Below the pieces are notes generated by a model that saw nothing but the letters and a program-made list of their open reading frames with translations, had not been told where the DNA came from and did no database searches. Position numbers and translations under genes: made by a program. DNA of 60,885 bases, counting the filler, from Sphacelaria rigidula (taxonomy: Eukaryota), in assembly GCA_964200075.2 (NCBI GenBank). It is 6 parts of 6 records of this genome, joined end to end, with 100 filler letters (N's around TTAATTAATTAA, not from the genome) between each part and the next. Parts side by side here need not be neighbours in the genome. Positions count along the whole stretch, not along the records: positions 1 to 10,066 come from CAXNAA020007217.1; positions 10,167 to 20,231 come from CAXNAA020007218.1; 4 more parts are not named here. One strand, written 5' to 3'. Positions 1 to 12,590 of this stretch are shown one piece after another (position 1 is the first letter of the stretch; each line of letters opens with the position of its first letter).

Positions 1-273
1 TTTCGCGTTTCTGGCCATTTTTCGTACCTTTCTTGGGCAAAAAAACGAGAAGGTATACCTTTTCTAGTCCATTGCTCCCCACTAGTGGACACCGCAGAGC
101 CACCGACTACTGACACAATCAACAACCGATATGAGCAGACAGGATTCTTCGATTGGACTCTATACTCGTTGCCTGTCTGGAGCATCTGACTTTCGTCGTC
201 GGATACGCGAGAAGGTTAGTGGTGAAAAATTGTTCATATCACACTCGGCGCGGTGCGGGAGCGCCGATCCAAT

Positions 274-1071
274 ACACGACACCAAAAGTGTCGGGCAGGT
301 CCTATCGATTGCGAGAAGGGTTGACTGATCCCTTGAGACTTCCACGGATTTTTCCCGAGGAAGGGGACGGAGGGACTTCGGGCTTGCAAGTATGGCGAAA
401 AAGAAATAAAGAAATAGTATACGTCGCTACGTAAGTGTTGAGAGCTATGAGATCACGCAGGGCAAGGGGAGGAGCCGTCCCTACACAGCGCACAGTACAG
501 TGCATATCAGACCCAGTAATGATGGCAAGCATGAGTGACGGTACAGCAAGTTTCAGACCGGGCCAGCTAACTATGTACAGCTGCAAAAGCGGTTGGAGAA
601 CCAAGCAGCGAGTCCGGTTCGAATAAGATGAACTGTCTCGATATTTGCGCGTTAAAAGCTGCGAGATGTTGGTTCTGAGCAAGCCGGAAAAAGGCGATGG
701 GGCCAGTTTAGAGGGGGGCGGGTACTCATGGCAGCGAAATGTGTGTGGTACTCACTTGTAGACATGCTGTGCAGGTCGAGTAGGGTATTTCTACTCTTGG
801 TCATTTTGAAAAATCGTAATCTAGGTACACCCAGAACTTCGGAAGATAATTCAGATCGTGCTCAACAACATCCAGATATTGGCTAGAGCGTTGCGAACGT
901 ACCTAACTCCACCCAACATTCGGGTAGAGTTTGGGAATCGGACCATCGCACCACAACGTTCGGGAGAGAAAATACTCGGGTAGTATTTACCCTACCCGAC
1001 CTGCTCTCGCTTGCAGATACGTAGTCGGATGGGGTGCCCCGCGCGGGCCAGTCTGATACGTCATCTGGACA
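274..1071 (-). mobile_element. Possible 5' LTR plus primer-binding site of an LTR retrotransposon reading off the left end of the contig
   Basis: Minus strand reads ...CCCGACA (LTR end at 289), then CTTT, then TGGTGTCGTGT (PBS-like; resembles the tRNA-His PBS TGGTGCCGTG). The far LTR boundary (~1071, TGTCCAGA) is a guess. Confidence 0.35.
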
Positions 1072-2304
1072 AGACTTATAATAATCCAAACCGTCGCTCT
1101 CTGTCGGTACTCGTATCCACAGTGCTATTAGCTCTGTAAACGCAACAAAGCCCATCTGCTGAACCGGGACGGTCGTCAAATACGTGGTGAAACATGAATG
1201 AATGAATACACACAGAGTGCGGATGAAGGCGAAGGGTCGTCGTTGCGGCGAAAGCCGTCGATGGCGTTACAAGAATGCCGACGAGATGCTGAGAGCAGGC
1301 GAACTTCAATGCTCCCGCGTCATAATTCGACGACTGGCCTCGACTCCGTATCACGGTGAGTTAGTTAGCTGTGGAACATTGCTTCTCGGTGTGCGTCTCA
1401 TCAAACGTTTTGGACCGCGGAGGAATGTTGCTGCTGACTTTTCATTTTGATTGATTGTCGGACTTTAACTGACCCCCCAGGTAGTCATGATCCAGTCGTG
1501 GTCTCATGATAGACGTACCCAAAAAAGACGAAACTGAAACACGCTCTGGGAAAAAGAAGGAACAGAGAACAAAAAATCTGCTGCGAACAAAAAACGAGGA
1601 TCCACCCTGCTGGGATTCACATGATATGGTTTCCTTTTTCCTCTTCTGTCATTTCCCCTATGTTTTATTTCCTTCTTCGAAATATTTCTCGGAACATTCT
1701 CTAGTTCCCGCTCGTGACGCCCGCTTCTTCGTAGGGGGTGGGAAGGTTTTCGATTCGCAACGGCTGGACCTTTGGGAGGCCAGTAAAAGTGCGACAATTA
1801 ATCAGTCAATCAATCAACCAATCAATCAATTAGTTTTTGATACCGTTTTCTGAATTCCGAAAGGCGAAATACTGCCACCAATTGCTATGGGCACATTTCA
1901 TCAGATCACCGAGAGGAGTCTGTAGTAGCCCACCTTTCTGATTGGTTAGAGTCCTAGGTTAGGCAAAGGAGCACTTCGCGAAAAAATCCAGCCGGAAATA
2001 GGAAAATGTGAAGATGTGGAATAAAAAGAAAATGTCACCACAGACGCGCAATATTTTTGCCTGTCCGGTTGAGGTTTCGCGGAACGAATACTTACGAAAA
2101 ATAAGAGCTTAGCGGATTGGAAAAGTGGACTAGGGCTGGGCTCCTTTTTCTGAGGTAGTATCCAATATATGTCGTGGCGATATTTCCTGTTCTGGGGTGA
2201 AAAACGGTGCCCAGAATAAACTTTTTCCAGAAAAAATGTTTTTCTCCCCTATGCTCGTTGCACGCTGTGGCCACGGGTTCGAGAGATCAAGCTAAGGCGA
2301 CGGA

Positions 2305-2323
2305 AATGATAATAATGATAATA

Positions 2324-2361
<38 letters not shown>

Positions 2362-2378
2362 AATGATGATAATAACAT
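2305..2378. repeat. (GAT/AAT)n microsatellite
   Basis: Run of gat/aat triplets; source of the spurious poly-M and poly-S ORFs. Confidence 0.95.
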
Positions 2379-2400
2379 CAACGATGGAATGATAATAAAA

Positions 2401-2495
2401 GGCCGTCGCCCCGGTGGCTCAGTTGGTAACCCCCAAACCTTCTGACGGTTGGGTCGTGAGTTCGATTCTCGGAGAGATCTGGGATTTTTCCTCAC
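2401..2495 (+). mobile_element. tRNA-derived SINE head (truncated)
   Basis: Pol III A box TGGCTCAGTTGG and B box GTTCGATTC. Matches the 5' ends of the copies at 49031 (+) and 59378 (-), including the downstream ctgggatttt. Confidence 0.75.
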
Positions 2496-2509
2496 AGAGC
2501 GGACCCCCG

Positions 2510-3028
2510 ATCGGGTTGGCTTCGGTTGGCGATGACGCTGTATAACACGGCACTCACTGCGTAAGCTAGACAACCACGTTACCGATTGGTTTTGCGCGCT
2601 CTCGCTTTCTTTGTGGCAACCATGGTGGTGGTCGAGCTAGATCATACTACGCGGTGTGGAAGAACCTCAACTCCGCGCGAAGGGGATGATCGTACTGCGT
2701 AGTGTTTAAATGGTGAGACACTGATGAGGCAGTGTGTAAGCCGTGGCTGTCTCTGGAAGTGGCGATATCAGAAAATGAAGCAACTCACCGCAGGCTGTCA
2801 TCCAAATGCAAGATATTCAGCACGCTTCGGGCGGAACAATCTTCGCAGGACGCAACTCATCCTTCATGCGACTCGCCGAACACATGACGGTGCTTCCCGC
2901 TTGGTGATTGATCGCGAGCCTGGTCCGGCGAAAACCCGGCGTTCTCTGTCCCGGCTTTGTAGGGATGCGAAGTCAATGATTATATGACTGCGATATGCAA
3001 GATCATGAGTACACCCTCCCCCTCCCAC
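2510..3028 (+). mobile_element. 5'-truncated poly(C)-tailed non-LTR element, subfamily B
   Basis: Aligns over ~500 bp with 15480-15989. Ends gggatgcgaagtcaatgat...gatcatgagtacaccctcccc. Confidence 0.75.
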
Positions 3029-3532
3029 CTCTATCGTAGCATCACTCATTAGAGGACACTCATACAAATAAATGTTTTGAATGTAAGCATTCATGTAATA
3101 ACATTTACAGTGTGCCAAGATATTTCAGAGGCGTTTTGGATACATCGTCCGAATGAGTTGTTGTTGTTGTTGCTGCTGCTGCTGCTGTTTGTGGCTAGTA
3201 GGGTTAGTAGTATGTTCTAAGAAACATAACATTCCACACGCACAAAACATACGCGATATTTACAAACGAAAACGCCAACGTGGCGGTTACAAAAGGAGTG
3301 ACCGTCTTCGAAAACCTTGGAGTCCACCCAATCGGAAAAAACGGTCTAGACCACCTCAGCAGAGTGGCGCACAGTGTCCGAGAGAGATGGCGGTGGCATT
3401 CCGTGCTCCTTCACGGTCAACCCCTCCGGCAGATGTCTCACACAAAAAAACTCCACACAAAAGAGTCCAAGTAAATTCCCATGAGACTGGGTAACAAATA
3501 GTGATAACTGTTGGTGTCCTGTTGTCTTAGCG

Positions 3533-3931
3533 CCCGCGCGCACACACACATTATTCAACACACAACTTCTGCGCGGGGAAGCGCCGCGGTATGGAACTCC
3601 AGCTAATCCTGGCTGAACGCATGAAACAACAGCCAAACCCATACATCCATCGACAATGATTTTTCGACCCGTCGGCCGACTGCTCCTGAAAAGCATGGAA
3701 TCCCGCTTGGTTGGGCGAGTGCGCGCGCGCGCGCGCACACACACACACACACGCACACACATGTTTTCAGCACACAACTTCCGCGCGGGGAACCACCGCG
3801 GTATAAAACTCCGGCTGATTTCGATTGAACGCATGGAAGACAACAGCAAAAAGACATGCATCCGTTGATAGTTTTTTTCTGCCCCTCGGCCGACTGCTCC
3901 TGAAAAGTATGGACTCCCGCTTGTCCGGGCG
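3533..3931. repeat. Degenerate tandem duplication (~211-bp unit, 2 copies) with a (GC)n(CA)n junction
   Basis: cacacaactt..gcgcgggga..ccgcggtat..tcggccgactgctcctgaaaag..cccgcttg occurs from ~3560 and again from ~3771. Confidence 0.8.
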
Positions 3932-3967
3932 CATACGTACCGCTTGCGTGACCATCACTGCCGCGAG

Positions 3968-4029
3968 ACCGAACCTGAAAAAGGGATCAGCAGCGGAGAG
4001 GCTCACCACCTACCTCAACTACATTCTAG
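3968..4029 (+). CDS. Soluble adenylyl cyclase (ADCY10/sAC)-like class III nucleotidyl cyclase, internal exon (5' boundary uncertain)
   Basis: Translates PNLKKGSAAERLTTYLNYIL(G), like sAC 'GAEQLVEILNYHIS'. Donor G|GTGAGG, phase 1, compatible with the next exon. The acceptor (GAG at 3965-3967) is weak. Confidence 0.7.
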
Positions 4030-5077
4030 GTGAGGAGAAAGGACGGCCTTCAAATCGGCAGCAACCGCAGGGTGGGTAGGTCAGTGGTGGAGAATGACAC
4101 CCCCTCGATTTTGATTGCGTGGTCACATGATAGACATGCCCGAGATAAAACTAAACCGAACTACTCGCTGTAGGAAAGCGAATAACGCAGAAAAAAGTGG
4201 AACCGACACGAGGGCTAGACTGAAAGAAAGAAACGAACAAACAGACAAACAAAGGTAAAAAAACAAACAAACGGAGGAATGGCTGGGCTCTGCAACATGG
4301 CTTCAGGTTAAAAAGGTCTTGAGCAAACAGCAAACGAACGCATTTCATACTCAACCGAGAGAGAGCAAAATAAAAATCCGGGGGGACAGATTGCCGCCCT
4401 CCTGTTTCGGCCACATTCTTTTGGGTATGAGCTCTCACCCATGAACCCTAGGGAAGCGGTTATTGGCAAGTGTTTTTCGTGTGTACCTCCGCATTGTCCC
4501 GAAATCTTACGACGAGCCCTGCGTCGTCGAAGATTGTGATGTTTTATTCCCATCGAAGCAAGATCCCGTCGTCATGCTTCTTCCTTCGGGGTTTATGCTG
4601 CGAAATCTTGTGGCGACAAGCGCAATTGTATCGAGGGTGTGGGGGAGAGTATGCCTTTTGTTTTTGTAGGAAAAAAAAAAGATGTTCGAAAAGCGCTAGC
4701 TGTCATGCACCGAGACTTGCAGCTCGAAGCCGGAAACAGCACATCACGATCGTTGACGACGAATGAAGCAGTGTCCTCTACACTGTATATGAAGTGCGGG
4801 GTATGCGGCGGTATCCTCACACTCAAGAGTCATCCTACGATACGGGAGGGGGGGGGGAAGGGGTATTCCTGGCCATTTTTCCGACGAAAATACCACTCCG
4901 AATCGTCGTTGACAGCAACAACTTACTTCGAACGCGCTTGATACCAATAAGAACACTCATTCAGAGTGATTGATGCTGTTTTCACACAAAACCCAGCGCA
5001 CCACGAGTGTGTTAGGTCGCCGGACACACCTATGAGCCCTGTTTGTCGCGGAATCAGACCCCCCCCCCCTCCCCCCC

Positions 5078-5134
5078 AATGGTCTGATGACTACGGCACG
5101 CATGATCATGAGTACATCCCTCCCCCTCCCCCCC
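5078..5134 (+). mobile_element. Very short poly(C)-tailed element, subfamily B, in a C-rich TSD
   Basis: aatggtctgatgactacggcacgcatgatcatgagtacatccc, flanked by ccccctcccccc on both sides. Confidence 0.75.
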
Positions 5135-6727
5135 ATATCATAGGATCACTCTAAGTAGCACATCATGTACGTAACATGCGCCCAAGACATTCCCCACGGC
5201 CGTGGCGCTTGGAGTCATGGTGAGCGCACCTTTTGAATATACACACACATTGCCCCTCCCCCCCCCTCCTTGATCTTGAGTACCCGGAGCGGAGTCGTCT
5301 TGTTAAGCGTACGCAACTGGTTTGCATACTTGGCATTTGATTTTTCTGGACAGTAAACAATGCAACGACAAACGACAAACCCTCGCGCATGAGCTCCAAA
5401 CTTCCGTGAAAATGATCTGGACCTCACGGAGTTGAAGTATTGTCCCGTCACCATTAGAGCGCTGTGGTGGTAGATTCCGACGTGGACACTACATATCAGT
5501 ACGGAAATATATATCTAGCGCAAAAACGTTAACGTCCGGGTCGTGCAGCATTATCGCAGTTTAATCTCCGATTTATGCTCTGTCGCCGCGCGTTCACGCC
5601 TTTGATGTTTCACCTGTGAAGTCGTTTTTCACCATTGTTGCTACGAGTCATGCGTTTTGCGTCACATCAAATGAAGGCGGCATCTGAGATTGTTGTGTTC
5701 TACGAATGAGTGTGACCTACGGGCGGCAGTCCTGCCAGGGTACACGATGTGACGGGGGATAACACCCCTTAGGTGGTTTAGTCATCTGACGTGGACTTCA
5801 ACGGTTAGAAAGAGGCGTTTTATGCACCCTGTATCACATACGGGTTATCCAAAGAGAGAAAGAGAGAGGAACAGACAAACGGGGACAGGGAAAGGGATAG
5901 GGACAGGGACGGGTACAGCGACAGTGGCAGAGACAGGGACATAAATAGAGACAAAGACAGAGACAGAGATGTCCCTCGACACAACTCTGCATTAACTTTG
6001 CGGAGAAATTCCGCGGACCGGACCAGTACCCTAAACTATACAAAAAAGAGCCAGGCATGAGCTTTTAGATTTTCACGGCACTATGTTGGGAAATGAGGAG
6101 ACGTTATGAATTACTACTCGTTTTCCATATTCGCATCAGTTCTACAATGTATCAGATCGCTCACGATTCAAAGCACTTCGCAGTACACACCTGCAAGCAC
6201 CTGGGGGAGGGGTAGTGTCCCCCGTGGGCACAGGTTGCCTGGGGATATTGTACTCGGTGCTCACAAATTACCAGGGGCGTGTTGCGCGCATAAGTCAAAA
6301 GTTCCCCAGGCAGGTGTTACTTGGGGTAGAAGGGCCCATGCGATTTCGTAGCGCGCACTTCCGTCCTGTTTTTTTAAGAAGTACAATATTCTACGGAAAA
6401 TGATTCATTTATTTAGTCCGGTATTCACCCTATTGGTCAGGCTACACAAAGTGGTAGTAGAACCCATTTTCAATGCAGTAACCTGCGTTTTTTCTCCCAC
6501 TTCGTTGTTCCTGGCGTATCATACCGTCCTCTCCAGAGCATATCGCGCATTTGTTGTGCCGTATCCATACCCCTACCTGTTTGCTCAGTCATCGGTTACA
6601 TCGCATTCGCTGGATCTTGCGCCAAGACACAAGGAACAGACGTGGCTGGACAAAACGTGCCATTTATTTTACTATTTTTTCTTCTTGTGCATTTTGTACT
6701 TCGTGGACACGGTCCCGCACGCGACAG

Positions 6728-6831
6728 GAAATCTGACGGACATTGTCGAGCTCCACGGCGGGGATATCCTCAAGTTTGCGGGAGACGCAATCTTAGTCTG
6801 CTGGACACCAGCGGCGGAGCTTGACGTTAAG
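6728..6831 (+). CDS. Soluble adenylyl cyclase-like cyclase, catalytic-domain exon
   Basis: CAG|GA...AAG|GTAAGT. Translates (G)NLTDIVELHGGDILKFAGDAILVCWTPAAELDVK, containing the class III cyclase GGDILKFAGDA motif with the metal-binding Asp. Phase 1 matches the 4029 donor. Confidence 0.88.
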
Positions 6832-7171
6832 GTAAGTCATCCACTATCACATCAGGACTTGTATGATACCTCCTCTACTCCTCCCTGTATCTATGGTAGC
6901 CACACAGGGGAAACCACACCACCAACAGTGTAGGTCACAGAGTACATAACCCCGGAGTGATTAGAAACCCCACGTGGACGTTTTTCTAGGAGTGATCAAG
7001 GCCCCGTATTTCCATGCAAAACAGGTCCTGTTGTTTCCCGGATCGATCTGGACTGGATTTTCGCAAACGTTACAGCTCTTGATGGCGTGATCGCCGCACT
7101 GACTGATCGATTGATTAAATAATTGGTTGCGTGCTCTTGTGAGTCCTTGTGTGCGTTGTAACCCGATCTGT

Positions 7172-7385
7172 TCCGGACGCCAGTCTACACCTTTCGGTGT
7201 ATGTGAGCAACTCAGTCGGGGTCGCAGAAGGAAGGTCAACATAGGATTTTTTTATCAAGTTGTATCTTGGCACTCCGCCTTCCGACCGCGATGCCTGTCG
7301 TACTTTTTTTATCGCTAGAAAGGCGCAGCAGTCCCTTCCCCTCGTCGACCGTGAAGTCGAATTTGGTGAACCAAATTGATTGTCG
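7172..7385 (-). mobile_element. tRNA-derived SINE body fragment
   Basis: Matches 59040-59240 (ggacgcca..ctacacc..ttcggt...ttatcgc.agaaagg..cagc.gtccctt.ccctcgtcgaccgt.aagtcga). Confidence 0.65.
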
Positions 7386-7729
7386 CACATTCATCGATCC
7401 CCGAGGACAGTATACGAGTAATTAAACTTATGTTTTCCCATCGTCTCCGGTGATGTGAGGATGATGCCTCGCCGCAAGTTGCAGTGGTGACATGATCTCC
7501 CTCGATGTGCACCGCCGTGCGGTACTCTGGACAGCGCATGGGCACGTGCTCAAGCTTCAGCAGACCGCGCCATTGCGTGTATGTATATGCTCTTATGGTA
7601 CGAGATTCGGGGGGAAAGTAACTTCTCATAAACTGATGAGCTCATTATAGCTTTGTGTGGGTGCTTTGAGCAGGTTGATCTCAACCATTACCCTGTTTAG
7701 TGCTGGGAACAACCACCCCCCGCATCCCT

Positions 7730-7880
7730 CCGCGCTTGGTGATTGGTGGTTGATTGCGAGCCTGGTCCGGCGAAAACCCGGCGTGCTCCATCCCGGCTTT
7801 GTGGGGATGCGAGGTCAATGATCATATGACTCAGGCAAGCAAGATTACGAATACATGCCACCCCCTCCCCACCCCCTCCC
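7730..7880 (+). mobile_element. 5'-truncated poly(C)-tailed element, subfamily B
   Basis: gcgagcctggtccggcgaaaacccggcg...gggatgcgaggtcaatgatcatatgact... followed by C-runs; also preceded by a C-run. Confidence 0.7.
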
Positions 7881-8503
7881 GTCGTTGTTTCGGTCGATCA
7901 CAGCCTCGCGGTTCTGCAGACAAATCGGCCGCCACACTTCAAGGCGAGAAGCTGGAAATTCCGTGCTTTCGGGCTGCATTGTGCGCTCGCGATGCAATGA
8001 GGATCTGCAAAGAAAAGGTTCGCTCGGCAGATGAATGATGCAATGAACCAAGGTTACGGCAAGCGACAAATATGGAGTGCCCCCCCCCTCCCTCCCGCCC
8101 CCCCCGGGTGGGTACCTCTTCTTAAACATCGATTTTCCTCGACAAAATATGTCCTGGACTCCCCCGAGAGATCTGGTCACACTGCTCTGTCCCCACATTA
8201 CTCTTGTTCTGTCTCTCTTTTATCTTTTTCCTTCCTTTAGCTTCCTTCAGCGAGCGCTTCCGCTGGTTCATCTTGGATACGTCTATCGTGTAGATGATGA
8301 CCACGGCTGGATTTCTCGGGGATGAGTTAAGGCTTGACGAACAATTCACCCATCCGTCCTTCCTTTCATACATCAACTAATCACTTGAAAGATCCTAACA
8401 AAATAGTCTCTTTGAATAATCACAACATGATTTGGTTCCCATCTGAGACTCCAACGAAATCGTGAGGTGATATGGAAGTATCAGCCCCTGTATCATCAGA
8501 ATA

Positions 8504-9100
8504 CTTCCTCTGTCCCATAAGTAAAGGTCCTTATGATTACAGAGACCCTTAACGGTGTCCGACGCCGTAAGCGTTAATTTTTTTCATCTTCGGTGTCTTT
8601 TTAGCGGTAAAACCATTTTTTTTTTATGCGTGCGCACCACCCTGCATGCATAAACGGCCGATGAAAAAGGAGTCGGCCCCCAAAAGGCCGTATTTCGCCC
8701 TTTTTCCAGGGGAAAAAGTGTCGAAAATGAAAGAGAAATTTTTTTTCGGTAGTCGTGCTCGCCGTCACTGGGGCTTGATGCTAGATAGTCCCAGGCCTTT
8801 GTAAAGGCCCTTATACATTTTTACCACCATTCCTCAAGTTCCTGCCTTCTGCCGCACCGATACGCCGGTATGCTCCACACCAAACTCATTATCGCCCATT
8901 GACAAAACAATTCGCAAACCCCGCCAAATTTTCCACTTTTTGACTCACTAATTCTCAGCAAGTCCGAGTCGGTTTTTTTTTGTATGAGCATCGCCGTATC
9001 AATAGCTCTTCAGCGAACCTGACTCGAGCATCGTAGACAACTCCATTGGCGAGATATGATCTGCCCCCCATAAGAACCTTCACCAATGGGACAGAGGAAG
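8504..9100. mobile_element. Tc1/mariner (Stowaway-like) MITE, 597 bp
   Basis: TA at 8502-8503 and 9101-9102. Imperfect ~32-bp TIRs: CTTCCTCTGTCCCATAAGTAAAGGTCCTTATG and reverse complement CTTCCTCTGTCCCATTGGTGAAGGTTCTTATG. Confidence 0.85.
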
Positions 9101-10066
9101 TATGGCCCTAGCATTCGATTATTGGTAAATATACAAAACGTCACGACACATGTTCCAACAAAACAACTGAATTTTCGTCACTCGCAGGACATATAGGGTC
9201 GCTGAAGACCGAATCGCGGTCATGGGGTCGGACGGGGGGTGCTATACAGCGTCACCTACTCGACGGCGGCGTCTCTGTTGTCGCCTGCTTGACACCACCT
9301 GCCTTTTTCTCGTTTACCCACTACCCCGCTACGTAGTTCGTCCATGTGTTTCTTTGTGGGACCCCTCGCGGTACGATTTTTTTTTTGTGTTTTGTACGGA
9401 GCAACTTTTTTTTGCGCTCCCACTACAGTGTCTTGCATTTCACCTAGGGCAATGCATAGCCGCGGGGTATCCTCTAGTCCGACGTCTTCAAGGGTACACC
9501 CTTTGATCGACGCACCTGCCTCGCCTGTCCGTTAATCACCATTTGGGGTTGAGCTTATTGTGTGTGTGCTGCAGATGATCATTTCCAGAGGACGTGTGCA
9601 GAATACGCTCTTCAGTACTTCGTTCTAAGAATTGTTGAACACTTGACGGATTATCTTACATAAACTGATGATCATCGACGAGTCCAGTCGCGCTTAAAGT
9701 ATGGAATCGCCTAAGGCATTTCAACGGAAGCACGTGCGAATTGAAAAAAACGGTCGAACTTCTGAAGAAAAAAATCACTCTCTCGCGGATACGGTTTATT
9801 ATTTGGTGTCCCAGACACGGCTGGTTGTGCTTGTTTCTCAAGGCGGACCTGACACACACGCACACACACACATTGCAGATCTTCTCCAACTTTCGACTCT
9901 TGGACCCTGTCATAGTCCTGAAACCCGAAACCCTATCAGGGTGCCGGGCACCATGGAATCCTTTCGAAGCTGTACTTTTGACACTTGTGTGGGTGACCCC
10001 CCCCCCCCCCCCCGACCTATTTTCCCTCGGACCCTCACTTTTTCTGGCTGCTGCCCGCATCGGCCC

Positions 10067-10166
10067 NNNNNNNNNNNNNNNNNNNNNNNNNNNNNNNNNN
10101 NNNNNNNNNNTTAATTAATTAANNNNNNNNNNNNNNNNNNNNNNNNNNNNNNNNNNNNNNNNNNNN
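10067..10166. other. Artificial contig spacer (N44-TTAATTAATTAA-N44)
   Basis: Exactly 100 bp, with a 12-mer carrying stops in all six frames at 10111-10122. The same spacer recurs every ~10,164 bp. Confidence 0.98.
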
Positions 10167-10710
10167 TCACACATGCCTTTACGCATGCCTCACTCAGGCC
10201 GGAGTGGTTCGTTGTGAATCGCAGCGAGATGTACCGTATTTGAACAGCATCGCCCTTACTCTTGTTCGTATTGTTGCCTTGTTTTGCGGCTAGGTCGACG
10301 GAGCCACTTTCGTGTCATTTGACTTTTGGTGCCGTATTTCACGTGCGTTCGCTAGGCTATGCGAACGACATTGCTTGTGGGGGGGAACATGTTGGAAAAC
10401 ACAACATGTAGAGCAATGCGCTGTAGCACTCTGGTGACCAATCATCGGTTTGGTGGTAGCGCTCATCATCTCATTACCCAACAGGGACTGACATGTCATG
10501 AAGGTAAACGGTAGTTGGATGTAGGGAGGAACGGAACAAGATCGACAGTTTTCATCTCGGGTTGCCTTCTATCTTCAAGAACGTAGTCCCGAAACAACGC
10601 CGAGGCTTTCAAACAAACGAACGTCGATGGTTCCCACCAGTCGATTTGACTGTGTGTCGTCAGTTTCCTCGACAGGTAAGTGATGCCGCGATAACCCCCC
10701 CCCCCTAAAG

Positions 10711-10793
10711 TGCTCCGTCTCGAAAGGGATGCGTCGTCAATGGTTAAACGGCAAGCAACAAAAGAGTAACCCCCTCCCCCCCCCCCCCCCCCC
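10711..10793 (+). mobile_element. 5'-truncated poly(C)-tailed element, subfamily A
   Basis: tgctccgtctcgaaagggatgcgtcgtcaatggtt...gcaagcaacaaaagagtaa plus a C tail. Flanks are C11-taaag and Cn-tagag (degenerate TSD). Confidence 0.8.
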
Positions 10794-12557
10794 TAGAGAG
10801 GGCCGAAACACTGCGTTCACGAAGAATTGGACATACAGAGCATCGAGATGACGGGTGGTTTCAAAAACCAGGTCGTGGGATTTATTATGAAGAACGCAAA
10901 TATAGCTGATTTCAGAAATCAGGTCTGAATACTTCACGTGTGGATTTGCCTCGGTCTCCGCTACACGTTTTTGGGGAAACTATCGCGGGATCACTCAGGT
11001 GCGACACATATATGTACAAAGGAGAATGTCTGGTGGGGGGTGTAAATCTTGCGTACTTCATCAATGCACATATTGGCTGAATACGGTAACGAATTTTTGA
11101 AGCACCAGCAGTCCCCAATACGTGCACGAATTGTACTGCTGTTTCTACTTTCATTACCAACTCTCCCCTCGGAGGTCGAACATCTCACGTACGATGAGCT
11201 GTGTATCGGGTTCATCTCTTGGCTATACATGTTTCTATTCCTCCCTCTCAGTCCTTTTTGCTAATTTGCTGACGAGGGGCATGCGAACTAGTCCCTGCGA
11301 ATGAGAGAAAATCGAATCTCCGGCGATCGTCGCTCATTCGGTGTTTCCAGAGTCAGGACATGAGTTTTCGAAATAAAGAACCGGTCCTTTGAGGGTCTCC
11401 GTCAACCTAGTCTTCTCTCAACTCTTTCTGACACAGTTTTATCCTGGCCTTTTTCTCATCACGTTGGCCTATCTGACCAAAGGTCATCGATGGAGATCCG
11501 TCTTGTTCTCCCCAAATGTATAGTAGAGGCAGGTAGAGGAAATAATTGCTGCGATGCGAGAGGTCATGTAATAATTGATTCACTCCTGCTCTCAAAGGTT
11601 GTGATCCTACTTGCTTCCAAAACTCGAGTGAAAATAGGCAGGGCAAGGTGTAGATGGAGATGGAAAACAAGTCCAGGCAGTTGAAAACATATTGTGAAGC
11701 CTACACTGGCTTCGTGGATGCGGAGGGCAGGGAATCAGGGATGCTTCGTCGCAAGTCTCCACGAACAGACGGGTGGTTATTATGGCGCCAGATGGGAGCG
11801 TGCTGTGGGAGGCTATGCCAAGAGATTGTCACAGTGAAAGTAGAAGCGTCTACAATATCAGCGGCTCTCGGTAACAGGGTTCAGGGTGGATCTTGGTCGT
11901 TCTTCTCCTCGTTTGTCTCTCCTTTGGCCGCTTGCGGCGATTCGTCCCGACCTCGTCTTCAGGCTTGCGTGCGTCGCGTTGTTTCAGTATCGTGCTCGTG
12001 GTATGTAGGTAGTATGATTTTGGGTTGGCTGGGCTGTGTTGCTTCACCGTTTGGTAATAGCCATTTCAATGATGCTCCAGAAGAGCTCACCCTCCCTTCC
12101 TGTAGATATTTATGCGTGAGCGTCGATCATTCCCGCGCGCTCCTGAAAGGTACCACGGCTTACAGTTGCGCTTGCGAACTTAAAGGGGCCACGGACGTGG
12201 ATGTTTTGGGTGCCCGTGTTTAACTGTGAGCCCTAGGGAATATCTAGACTGATGGGACTTCGGTTGGAAACCTTCATCATTGGCAAGTTCTCGAATCATT
12301 TCAAGCTCTTGGTATAAATGATGGTGAAGGACCTGGAGCCTTGGGTATTAATTCACGTACCTCGTTGGAAATGTCCGGCGTCTTGTCGTTCGACGTCTTG
12401 TCGCGTAAAGTATTGTGTCACATAGAACTCCTTTTCTCAAGATTGTAGGCTTGTTAGTTATAATTTTGTGTGCACATAGTGGGCATGATGGCTGGCTAGA
12501 TGTTGCCAGTTGGTGCGTGGTATATATTTGCTGAGACAGCAGCAGTTACATGTGCGC

Positions 12558-12590
12558 CAAAGGGTATGACTGCTAGAGTCATATCCTTTG
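12558..12590. mobile_element. 33-bp hAT/P-like micro-element
   Basis: 14-bp TIRs (CAAAGGGTATGACT, 1 mismatch), 5-bp centre, perfect 8-bp TSD ATGTGCGC (12550-12557 and 12591-12598). Confidence 0.85.

Noticed and set aside
2401-2480. tRNA gene (also 49031 and 59300-59378)
   Set aside because: A and B boxes are present, but there is no consistent cloverleaf or anticodon arm, and the copies continue into a shared SINE body.
10111-10122. TTAATTAATTAA recurring at ~10.16-kb period as a biological periodic signal or piggyBac site
   Set aside because: Always centred in N44...N44; it is an all-frame-stop assembly linker.
10579-10675. Possible exon ending at a strong CAG|GTAAGT donor
   Set aside because: The frame is open but the acceptor is weak, the peptide is uninformative and no partner exon was found.
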